From NCBI GenBank assembly GCA_038247415.1, contig JBBRUX010000009.1, positions 35,498-99,497 on the forward strand: a stretch of 64,000 bases of DNA, written 5' to 3'. This document shows positions 1 through 8,544 of this stretch, piece by piece. How positions within the stretch are numbered: the first letter of the stretch is position 1; each line of letters starts with the position of its first letter. Below the pieces are notes generated by a model. The model ran no database searches. It had not been told where the DNA came from and saw nothing but the letters and a program-made list of their open reading frames with translations. This DNA comes from Chitinivibrionales bacterium. Its GTDB lineage: Bacteria; Fibrobacterota; Chitinivibrionia; Chitinivibrionales; WJKA01. The position numbers and the translations under genes were made by a program.

Positions 1-179
1 AGGATATCATCGCATAAAGATTGGGTAAGCTCTGGCACCGTAGTGAGCCTTCTGTCTTGACACGAGCGAGAAAATGCGACAAGAATGCTTAGGGCATGTT
101 CTTTATATAGTGGAGGAAGAATCATGAATTGTGCAGATGCGGCATATTCATCGATCCAGGTTTCGAAGTTGCTCAGCAT
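1..179 (-). CDS. Hypothetical protein, 5' part only (runs off window)
   Basis: Manual translation from ATG at 179: MLSNFETWIDEYAASAQFMILPPLYKEHALSILVAFSRSCQDRR... open to position 1. Confidence 0.55.
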   Translation of the reverse strand, partial: MLSNFETWIDEYAASAQFMILPPLYKEHALSILVAFSRSCQDRRLTTVPELTQSLCDDI

Positions 180-264
180 GGTTTGCCTTAGAAAAGGGTG
201 CGAGAGGAGGCCTCTGTGGTAAAAATATATTCAGTATGGGCCAGGAGGGGGTTTTGGATGGTTC

Positions 265-1812
265 TTAAAAGTCAATTATAAGAAGGGTAATGTCATCTTC
301 TGGTGCAGTATGTGCACCACAGAATGTTTTGTGGCGCAAAAAGATTGTTTCCATAGCTTCTTTGGGAGAATGAGTGAGTCCTTCAATAACAGCGTCTTCG
401 AGCCTAGGGAGATCAAACATCTCCTCGGCGGCATTATGACTTTCGGTAATACCGTCTGTAAAGAGAACGAGCCGATCGCACCCGGGGATGTACTCCGAAA
501 TAATTTCATGCAGCATCATATCGGGAAAAATTCCAAGGAAAAGCCCATCGGCGCTAATATGCTCACAGGTTTTTGTGGCTTTGTTCGCGCGTAATATTGG
601 GCAATGGCCAGCAGATGAATGGGTAATTGTTTTGTTTCGGGTATCGACAATGGCATAAAAAACAGTAACGAAATTGTCGGTTTTAATCTCATTCATGAAT
701 GTTGTGTTAATGCGCTCAAGTGTTTTTTGGGGGGATGATTCATTGTGAGCATTGGATTTTAACACAACTTTTACCATAGACATAATAAGCGCTGATGCAA
801 TGCCATGTCCCGAAACATCGGCTACAATAATTCCATAGCGATCTTCCCCAAGCGGAAAAACATCGTAATAATCGCCGCCCACAGCAATAGCGGGAATATA
901 CCGCGCAGCGATTGTAAACGGTTTTATGTTCTGCAATTCGGAGGGCAATAACCCTTCCTGGATGCTTTTCGCTTGCTTAAGGTCGTTATTTATTTTGGTT
1001 TGCGCGATTTGAAGATCTCTGTTGACAATTCGTAATTGGTCGTTTGCAGAGGTGAGCGAGGTGTTTGCTTTTTCGAGTTCGTTTAAAATTCTAAAGTTCT
1101 CGATAATGATGCCAGCAAAATTAAGTATTGTTGACAATGTTGAAATATCATCGCTTGTGATTGTGGTATCCGAATTGTTGCGATCTATCCAGAGCACGCC
1201 TTCGGCTTTAAAACATTGACATGCAATACATTTGGATCTCCGTTCGTTTTCGGAGAGTGCGCCCAAAAGCTCTCCCGAGCCGGGTATCGACCAGCAATAA
1301 GGGTTGAATGAACCATATGCCGGACATGTCTGTCGATTGCACGATTTATACTCCCAGCATTTTCGGCTGGCTTTAGAAATGAGGGGCATTACAATATAAC
1401 GGTTGCTTGCCAAAAGCTTGCAGAATACATCATTATCAGGATCTGGCTGATCAACAATGAGATGCCTGTTGAGAAAAATTGCATCGGTTATGTCGCCACC
1501 TTCAAATCCAAGCGGTATCGAAAGGGAGGTGCGGTCGATATTTTCTATGCCCACCCACGAGTCGGGAATCAATTGAAAGTTTGGGGCATCGATTCTAAAA
1601 AGAATAACACGGTTGAACTGCAAAATTTCAACAATGCCCAAAAGCATTGTTTTGGTGATTCCAGGAAGATCGGTAGAAGAATTCATGACCTTAACGAGCT
1701 CATTAATAAGCGAATTGGTCATGAGCTGTAATTTAAGCTGGTCATTTTCTGCTTTGATCGATTCGATAAATAGATCGGGCTCTTGGTCTGAAGATTCTTC
1801 GGGAGGGTACAT
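265..1812 (-). CDS. SpoIIE/RsbU-like PP2C Ser/Thr phosphatase with GAF domain and Cys-rich insert
   Basis: VGGDYYD, ADVSGHG, LFTDGITE, DDITL motifs; coiled coil; N-terminal GAF interrupted by CWE..C..CPAY..CW..C..C.C. Confidence 0.92.
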   Translation of the reverse strand: MYPPEESSDQEPDLFIESIKAENDQLKLQLMTNSLINELVKVMNSSTDLPGITKTMLLGIVEILQFNRVILFRIDAPNFQLIPDSWVGIENIDRTSLSIPLGFEGGDITDAIFLNRHLIVDQPDPDNDVFCKLLASNRYIVMPLISKASRKCWEYKSCNRQTCPAYGSFNPYCWSIPGSGELLGALSENERRSKCIACQCFKAEGVLWIDRNNSDTTITSDDISTLSTILNFAGIIIENFRILNELEKANTSLTSANDQLRIVNRDLQIAQTKINNDLKQAKSIQEGLLPSELQNIKPFTIAARYIPAIAVGGDYYDVFPLGEDRYGIIVADVSGHGIASALIMSMVKVVLKSNAHNESSPQKTLERINTTFMNEIKTDNFVTVFYAIVDTRNKTITHSSAGHCPILRANKATKTCEHISADGLFLGIFPDMMLHEIISEYIPGCDRLVLFTDGITESHNAAEEMFDLPRLEDAVIEGLTHSPKEAMETIFLRHKTFCGAHTAPEDDITLLIIDF

Positions 1813-1971
1813 AAGGTGGTTCTTTATACTAAAAACAAGGTTGTATTCGCATTAATGATGCCCTTTTTTTATATTCTATCTATTTGGTTGCAGGTTTGGT
1901 AGCGAAATCCCTATTGATATTTTTGTGCAGTGTATCAAATAATTCCGTATGACACCATTTAAGGAGGTAGT

Positions 1972-2655
1972 GTGAATATTCAGTACAGCAAGAAAAAGGA
2001 AGAAATGCGCAAAGACCCAGTTATGGATCTGATGGTCAAGGCAAAGGATTTTGCTCAAAATCAATCGCAGATTCTCCTGATTGTAGTTGGAGTAGTTCTT
2101 GTTAGTTTGGTTGGCTACTGGGCGTATAATGGAATGCAAAAAGATAAGCTTTCCAAGGCACAAGATGTTTTTGGAAAAGCTATGATTGCCTATGAGAAAA
2201 ACGATTTTTCTGCTGCAACAAGCGCTTTTAAAGAAGTAATCGAATCGTATCCGCAAAGTCCACATGCAGCAATGAGCGCTTTTTTGCTGGGCGATATCGG
2301 TGCAAAAATGAACAATTTCGATGATGCAATCTCATGGTATGAGAAAGCAAGTCGTAAAGCATCAAAAACTTCATTTATAGAAGGTGCAGCTCTGGAAGGA
2401 CTTGCAACCAATTACGAGTCAAAAGGTGATATTCCTAAGGCGATCGAATGCTTCGAAAAAGCAGCAGCCGATCCTTCTATTGCGTATCGTACCTCGTCGA
2501 TCCGCTGGAAATTGGCATTGCTTAACGAAGAAATCAAACAATACGATAAAGCGCTATCCTATTGCAGTCAAATTGTTTCCGATACTTCTGCACAGATGTT
2601 TCGTCAGAAAGCAGAAAATTTAAAAATCGAGATTGAAAATAAAAAAGCCCTGTAA
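1972..2655 (+). CDS. Membrane-anchored TPR protein (YfgM-like)
   Basis: AAGGAGG RBS, GTG start, single TM (ILLIVVGVVLVSLVGYWAY), TPR helices. Confidence 0.85.
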   Translation: MNIQYSKKKEEMRKDPVMDLMVKAKDFAQNQSQILLIVVGVVLVSLVGYWAYNGMQKDKLSKAQDVFGKAMIAYEKNDFSAATSAFKEVIESYPQSPHAAMSAFLLGDIGAKMNNFDDAISWYEKASRKASKTSFIEGAALEGLATNYESKGDIPKAIECFEKAAADPSIAYRTSSIRWKLALLNEEIKQYDKALSYCSQIVSDTSAQMFRQKAENLKIEIENKKAL

Positions 2656-2681
2656 AGGGTTCTTTTTGTGAGGTGTAATTC

Positions 2682-2719
2682 AAAAGCCCATATGGTAAAA
2701 AGCCATATGGGCTTTTTTT
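2682..2719 (+). terminator. Intrinsic terminator
   Basis: AAAAGCCCATATGG-N7-CCATATGGGCTTTT perfect stem ending in T7. Confidence 0.85.
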
Positions 2720-2786
2720 GTCCTCTATGATATGATGTTTTAATGCACGAGCTCGAAGCGATGCCAATGTACCCTGGAGAAAACGC

Positions 2787-3926
2787 ATGTCAGACATGAC
2801 AGAACCGATGCTTGCACAGGATAATTCCGATTGGGTTCTAGCTTTTCTCGAGTCGGTTGACTGCACAACACCGCTGCATCAAATATACTCGTACCTTCTT
2901 GAAAAAATCTGCGTTCAAGCTCAATGTGCACAGGCTTTTTTGGCGCTTTCAGATGCTTCCAAGTGGTGGGAGGTGTTTGCGTACACCCTCGAAAACTCCG
3001 TAGGGGAGTGGGTTGATATTCAGAAAACTAACAGGTACACGAAACGCACATTTTCTGGTCAGTATGATCACAGTTCTCCCCTTGAAATCGCTGATATCTT
3101 TCCAACCGCTACCTATACCAGTATTCCTTTCAAAGCCGAATTTGCTCAGTCGGCATGGCTTATTCTGCCCGTGTCGCATGCGGCAAAGAGTATTCCGCTA
3201 TTGGGAAGGCTCTGTTCGCATCTTTTAACTCAAAAATCTATATATTACTATGGACTTGCTACCGAATGTAAAGCGCGAGGCGCTAAGACTTTATCGACCA
3301 TGATCCATGATATTCGTAATCCACTCTCGGGAGTTACTGGTTTTGCGCAACTGCTTAAGAGAAAATTGACTGATGCAAAACAAATTGAATATTCTGAAAT
3401 TATTCTAACAACTCTTCGCCGTATCGAACAAACCGCATCTGAACCCGTACGCTTTGTTCGGGGGGATAGCGCGGAGGTTGAGATGGTTGCATGCAATGTT
3501 GATGAGATCCTTGCAACGACGCTTGATGGTATGAGCCAGAGCTCAACGATGCAGCATGTTCGGGTATTCTCTCGTTTGGAAAGTGGAGCTTCAATTCAAT
3601 TTGTTCCAGAGTGGCTTAAGCGGATAATTTCTGCTCTCATGGAAAATGCTACGGTATCGATTGCCGAAAAAGGCGAGATTAGCGTCTCCTCGCACCGCTT
3701 TGAGACACGCGTGGAAATTGTCATCCAAGACAGCGGCAAGGGAATACCGATTATGGTTCGTAATCATGTGGTTAAACCGTTGTTTGCATTCGATAAAGAA
3801 AAATCAGCAGGTCTAGGCTTGGCAATGGTAAGTTATATGGCCAAAGTAGGCGGTGGTACGGTGCAGGTTTCATCGGTTCCCTGCTATGGAACGCGCTGTG
3901 TTCTTTCATTTCCCCTCGGCTTGTAG
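2787..3926 (+). CDS. Cytoplasmic sensor histidine kinase
   Basis: H-box IHDIRNPL, N-box LMENA, G1 DSGKGIP, G2 GLGLAMV. Confidence 0.9.
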   Translation: MSDMTEPMLAQDNSDWVLAFLESVDCTTPLHQIYSYLLEKICVQAQCAQAFLALSDASKWWEVFAYTLENSVGEWVDIQKTNRYTKRTFSGQYDHSSPLEIADIFPTATYTSIPFKAEFAQSAWLILPVSHAAKSIPLLGRLCSHLLTQKSIYYYGLATECKARGAKTLSTMIHDIRNPLSGVTGFAQLLKRKLTDAKQIEYSEIILTTLRRIEQTASEPVRFVRGDSAEVEMVACNVDEILATTLDGMSQSSTMQHVRVFSRLESGASIQFVPEWLKRIISALMENATVSIAEKGEISVSSHRFETRVEIVIQDSGKGIPIMVRNHVVKPLFAFDKEKSAGLGLAMVSYMAKVGGGTVQVSSVPCYGTRCVLSFPLGL

Positions 3927-4009
3927 TGGTATTTCTCCCTTCTGCATAAAGCGCAATCCGCTTCCGATATTTATATTCATTCATATATAATTATCTTTCA
4001 GGAGGGTTT

Positions 4010-4363
4010 ATGAATTTTTTGGTATTAGACGATTTGAAAAAACGTAGGTCAGTTTTAGCCGATGCATTGCAGAAAAAACGACATTCAGCAGTTACCTGTG
4101 TTATCAGCCAAGATTTTATCAACGCGGTTGATGGTCCTTTGCCAGATAAGATTTTAATCGAAATGAAGACCTGGCTGCAAGGAAAATCAGTCTATAATTA
4201 TTTCAATATTTTGCCTAAACTTGAAAATATCCCCATAGTGTTGTACAATACTACTGATACTCATGCATCAATAGTTGGTCGCACACCTAACGAAAAAGAT
4301 CGCATTCTGCCAGAAGGCATTAAGCTTGATGAAATTATAAGCATTGCCGAGCAGGATGTATGA
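4010..4363 (+). CDS. Single-domain atypical (pseudo-)receiver protein
   Basis: FLVLDD start, PDKILIE (Glu at phospho-Asp position), IPIVLY; GGAGG RBS. Confidence 0.7.
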   Translation: MNFLVLDDLKKRRSVLADALQKKRHSAVTCVISQDFINAVDGPLPDKILIEMKTWLQGKSVYNYFNILPKLENIPIVLYNTTDTHASIVGRTPNEKDRILPEGIKLDEIISIAEQDV

Positions 4364-4376
4364 TAAGGATTGACGT

Positions 4377-6212
4377 ATGGCCAGTCGGGCATCACAAGTG
4401 TTTGTCTTTGCAGATACCGACAATGGCGGGGTCATTCATGTTGCAAATATTAAAGGCGGTGTAGGTAAGTCCACTGTTGCGACCAACCTTGCGGCCGCGC
4501 TTGGTAAAAAAGGACCAACCCTGCTCATCGATCTCGATGCGCAGGGGAGTGCCACCTTTGCATATGGTAGAGATCCAGCCGAATTCTCCTTTTCTTCATG
4601 GGATCTGTTTCGACATCGATACTCTCCCGAAAGCTCCTCAGATAAAAAGAAAACATTTCGATTAACCTTGCCAAGGCTTGAGGCAATGGTTTTTTCACCT
4701 ATTCTGGGAGTAGGGAATATTGCCAAGCTTTGTGTGCGCATAGAACAAGGCCTGGATCTTATTCCAGCAAATGGCTCGCTTTTTAATACCGTGCGATCGT
4801 ACCATCTCGAGAATTTTCTTTTTAATCTGGAAATCCTTCGTGAATTTTATAAATACATTATCCTCGATACTCCCTCTGTCTGGAATCGACTTACGCGCAT
4901 GTTGTATTGTAAGAGCGATTTGAATCTTATTCCCGTTACGCTTAATGCTCTAAGTACCCGCAGTTTGAGAGAATACCTTATCAATGTTAAAAAACTCTCT
5001 AATCGTAATACTCGGGTCAGGGTGCGAATTGTCAAGAATGAAGTGTATGGTCGTCAGGATTCTGCAATAAAAGGCAAAACGCGCACCATGTTCGAAAATC
5101 GCAAATTTCTTGAGTCATTGTGCGAGCAGATAGTGGTTAAAAATGAAACCGGCGTATCGGTGATTCCTCAAACAATGATGTTTGACCTTGAGATTCCCGA
5201 ATCAGCAACAGTGCGAGATGCGCAGGATGAAGGTCTTGCAGTTGCTCATTTTAAGCAATATTCCACAGCTTCAAAAGCGTTTTTCGATCTTGCTCAAAAA
5301 GTGCAGTATGTTTTAAATACGAAATCTGCGCCACCAACCCGAAATATATGGGATCGTCGTGACGAAATTGTTCGTCCCTTTGTTCACGCTGCGGGCATTG
5401 CAGGGTTTGCGTTTTTATGGTCGCTTAACCCTAAAGCAGATAATCAAATTCCTCCACGCCCTATAGCACCAGTTCAGCTCGTTGTGCCGCCAACGGGGAG
5501 CGTAGCCTATACAACGGGAGATGGAGAGCCCCTTTTTAGAATTGCAAAATATTCTATTTGTCATTTTAAAGCGATCGTCCCCGATAATGAAGATATCTAT
5601 CGATACCTTTTAGAAACTCTCGATATTTACAATAGAACTCGTTTCGAGTCTGAACAGAAAATTGCTTCCGCGGAAACGGTGCCCAGTGGTATTACGCTCC
5701 ATTTTTATCCGCCAAGTACTCTTTCTAACCCTCGTGAAAAACAGATTCTCCCTGCGTACGAATTTTTCATGTCTCTGGTTCAAGATAAATATCCGTATAT
5801 AACCGGAGATTGGTGTGAACGCGGCACAGGAGGTGGAACTCCTCATTATGGGATAGATATCGCGGGCACTCGGGGATCTGAAATTATTTGTCCCATCGAT
5901 GGAACTGCTTATTTGCTCGATAATCCGAGCGTTGGAAAATGTATTGGTGTAGTTCGTGATGGTACCGTGCTCTTTTTTGCCCATATGGATCAGCGCTACT
6001 TTAATTCGGGTGAACATATTAAAAAAGGAATGCCTCTTGGTAAATTAGGGCTTACAGGACACACGAGTGGACCCCATGTACATGTGGGATATGGACTAAA
6101 GTCTCCTGCAGCCGATGGCCTTCCTTTTGGCAATTCCTACTACAAAGTAACCGACCCCAAATTATTTTTCTACCGACAGGCATTTATTGCAAGTATCACT
6201 CCTAACGAGTAA
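4377..6212 (+). CDS. ParA/Soj-family ATPase fused to M23 metallo-endopeptidase
   Basis: Deviant Walker A KGGVGKST, LIDLDAQG, IILDTP; hydrophobic segment; HYGID, FAHM and GPHVH M23 motifs. Confidence 0.9.
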   Translation: MASRASQVFVFADTDNGGVIHVANIKGGVGKSTVATNLAAALGKKGPTLLIDLDAQGSATFAYGRDPAEFSFSSWDLFRHRYSPESSSDKKKTFRLTLPRLEAMVFSPILGVGNIAKLCVRIEQGLDLIPANGSLFNTVRSYHLENFLFNLEILREFYKYIILDTPSVWNRLTRMLYCKSDLNLIPVTLNALSTRSLREYLINVKKLSNRNTRVRVRIVKNEVYGRQDSAIKGKTRTMFENRKFLESLCEQIVVKNETGVSVIPQTMMFDLEIPESATVRDAQDEGLAVAHFKQYSTASKAFFDLAQKVQYVLNTKSAPPTRNIWDRRDEIVRPFVHAAGIAGFAFLWSLNPKADNQIPPRPIAPVQLVVPPTGSVAYTTGDGEPLFRIAKYSICHFKAIVPDNEDIYRYLLETLDIYNRTRFESEQKIASAETVPSGITLHFYPPSTLSNPREKQILPAYEFFMSLVQDKYPYITGDWCERGTGGGTPHYGIDIAGTRGSEIICPIDGTAYLLDNPSVGKCIGVVRDGTVLFFAHMDQRYFNSGEHIKKGMPLGKLGLTGHTSGPHVHVGYGLKSPAADGLPFGNSYYKVTDPKLFFYRQAFIASITPNE

Positions 6213-6272
6213 ATAGATTTTTTTCTAAATGCTTCAGTCCTGGGCACCCTGTATGCTATCGAAAAGGTTTTC

Positions 6273-6935
6273 GTGGTAAATACTTCATATAAACGCATCG
6301 CATTAATTCTTTCGATGGTTCTTCCACTGTCTCTGTCATCATGCTTTGTTGCAACAAATGTGCATGGCGGAAAACTATTGCCAGAGGGGAGCGTAGAACT
6401 AATTCCCTCGGTTTCTTGTGCTTATCGAAACCCCCTCGAACCGAAACGGCCTATGGATGCTATTATGCTTTTGGGGGGGCATTTTGGTTTTGGTCTGTCG
6501 CAGTTTGTAAATATACGAGGGGGGTACCAATATCTGACTCTCGCCCCAGGCATTGTTGATGGGGGAAATAGGTTTGTTGGCAAAAAAGGAAATGTTTACG
6601 AAGTTGAGCCCGTGTTTGCTCTTAAAAAAAATCGTAGCTCTATTTCGTGCGCTTTTGCTCTTTCAAGTGCAGATAGTCTTTATCAAATTGTGCCGGGATA
6701 TTTTTATACTCATACAGTTAACAAATACATCGATATACATTTGTCACAAAAAGCATGTGGTGGGTTTTTTCTTAATAGAGGATTATCGATTGCGCTTAAT
6801 TCTAACGTGGGGATTCAAATTAAACCGACAAAAACCTCGCCTCTTTCGTTGCTTGTGTTTGCTGGGTGTTTGTATAGTTACGCACTTTTTCAGGCCACTG
6901 CAAGCGTAAGTATGCCCATTGTGGTTGTTCAATAG
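6273..6935 (+). CDS. Hypothetical lipoprotein / small outer-membrane protein
   Basis: Signal with lipobox-like LSSC; amphipathic beta-strand pattern. Confidence 0.6.
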   Translation: MVNTSYKRIALILSMVLPLSLSSCFVATNVHGGKLLPEGSVELIPSVSCAYRNPLEPKRPMDAIMLLGGHFGFGLSQFVNIRGGYQYLTLAPGIVDGGNRFVGKKGNVYEVEPVFALKKNRSSISCAFALSSADSLYQIVPGYFYTHTVNKYIDIHLSQKACGGFFLNRGLSIALNSNVGIQIKPTKTSPLSLLVFAGCLYSYALFQATASVSMPIVVVQ

Positions 6936-6977
6936 CAAGACCTGTATTCGAACAAGTCTTGCTCTTTGTAATTATAC

Positions 6978-7511
6978 TTATTGAACCGTCTTTTTTTGTT
7001 TGCAGCCCGTACTATCCGCGTTCATGGGGCACATTTTGCCATCCATTTGGCAATGCTTTCCTCCCTGATCTTCTCCCCATTTATTGCATTGGGCACCAGA
7101 TTGGTTGGCAAGATGGCAAGAAGCCATTTTTTGGAATTGTTCATCGGTAAGTACTGATTTAAGCTGCAAAAGATAGTCAAAGCGTGCTTTAGTTGCTTCG
7201 GTTGCGAGTTGCCCACTCTGAACGCTATACGTTTCCAATAGCATTGTATCGGGAGTTTTCTTAAGAAACTCATCTTTAATTTTTAATCGCAGAGTGGCAG
7301 ACTTTTCCTGTTGGGCAGTTCGCGCTACCTTCCCTTGTTCGTGAAGAGCCTTGAGCTTGGTTTTTTGATCTGGGGTAAGGTTGAGCTCCGCAAATTGATT
7401 ATGCCGTTCCCCAGTTCCTTTTTTTTGACATTGCGTTGCAGGGTCGGCCGCAAGAGCGAATGTTCCCCAAACGAGAATAGTTGACATGATGCATAAAGTT
7501 TTGATACGCAT
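6978..7511 (-). CDS. Spy/CpxP-family periplasmic protein
   Basis: Signal peptide from MRIKTL (7511); two LTxxQ motifs (LNLTPDQ, VLTDEQ). Confidence 0.85.
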   Translation of the reverse strand: MRIKTLCIMSTILVWGTFALAADPATQCQKKGTGERHNQFAELNLTPDQKTKLKALHEQGKVARTAQQEKSATLRLKIKDEFLKKTPDTMLLETYSVQSGQLATEATKARFDYLLQLKSVLTDEQFQKMASCHLANQSGAQCNKWGEDQGGKHCQMDGKMCPMNADSTGCKQKKTVQ

Positions 7512-7536
7512 GTTTTTTCCTTTGAAAAAATGAATA

Positions 7537-7845
7537 TTATTCGGATGCATTATCGGCTAAAACAATAGTCGATAGCTCAGGTTCAGACAGAGTACCATTT
7601 AAGAATTCATTTGCCTCATGGAGATCCTCCTCGATTTCCGCTGAGAGAGCAGTTTGATGTGAAGGTGTATGGAAAACACTAAAAGCAATAAACGATGTTA
7701 CGGTTAACGCTGTCATGCATGAAAGCAAAAGTGCTCTCCGAGCATGACGCCGTATTTTTGAACGCCTATAAATGGTTTCAAACAGGTGCAATGGAACATC
7801 GGGTATCGACTGTTCCAAAGCTTGGTCGCGATGTCGTAGGTTCAT
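7537..7845 (-). CDS. Putative anti-sigma factor
   Basis: Small single-TM protein directly after ECF sigma gene; GGAGG RBS. Confidence 0.7.
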   Translation of the reverse strand: MNLRHRDQALEQSIPDVPLHLFETIYRRSKIRRHARRALLLSCMTALTVTSFIAFSVFHTPSHQTALSAEIEEDLHEANEFLNGTLSEPELSTIVLADNASE

Positions 7846-8365
7846 ATGAGCCCTCCCTTGATAATTTTTCTTTAATACGGCATAGGGCTACACGCAACGC
7901 ACCAGCAGATCGGTGAGTAATTTCTGAGAGTTCCTCAAAGGAAATCCCCGATATTTCATGTGCCATTAGTAGAAATCTATCGTTTGGACTGAGCATTTTT
8001 AAGGTATCAGAAAGAATGATTTTATCAACACTTGATATTTCTTGAGCGATGATGGTTTCGGGAGTAATAGTAGGGCTTCTTTTTTGCGCATGTCGTTTTT
8101 CTTTGAGTGCTATCCCGATTGATGTGTTGTAGCTTATGCGAAATAACCATGTTGAAAAGGCCGATTTGTTATTAAATTTATGCAAGTTGCAAAAAATGCG
8201 AATAAAGGTTTCTTGCAACATGTCTTCGCAGAGTTCCTTGTTACCATTGGCAGTTCGGTATATGACGCGCCACAGGAACGGAGCATAGTGTTCGTAGAGT
8301 GCTTTGCACGCGCTTTTGTCGGATGCTTGAGCTTGAGCAATAATTGTAGAATGCAGCTCTTTCAT
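7778..8365 (-). CDS. ECF RNA polymerase sigma factor
   Basis: EDMLQETFIR, FSTWLFRISYN region 2; GISFEELSEI region 4. Confidence 0.92.
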   Translation of the reverse strand: MKELHSTIIAQAQASDKSACKALYEHYAPFLWRVIYRTANGNKELCEDMLQETFIRIFCNLHKFNNKSAFSTWLFRISYNTSIGIALKEKRHAQKRSPTITPETIIAQEISSVDKIILSDTLKMLSPNDRFLLMAHEISGISFEELSEITHRSAGALRVALCRIKEKLSREGSYEPTTSRPSFGTVDTRCSIAPV

Positions 8366-8544
8366 AGTATTCTATTAGAAAACAATTTCTCCCCAATGTT
8401 ACATTCTGGTATGGTAAAAACAAACAAATTATTTCATGTGAAATCCTTTTGGTAATGTGCCTACCCGAACATATTTTTGAAATTATTAAACAGGTACTCC
8501 ATAAGGGGCTGTTTTTCACTGTTTTATGAAGGAAAATGTAAAGA

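Noticed and set aside
6242..6257. GG-N10-GC sigma-54-like site before the 6273 gene
   Set aside because: Lacks the T of TGGC and is too close to the start codon to call
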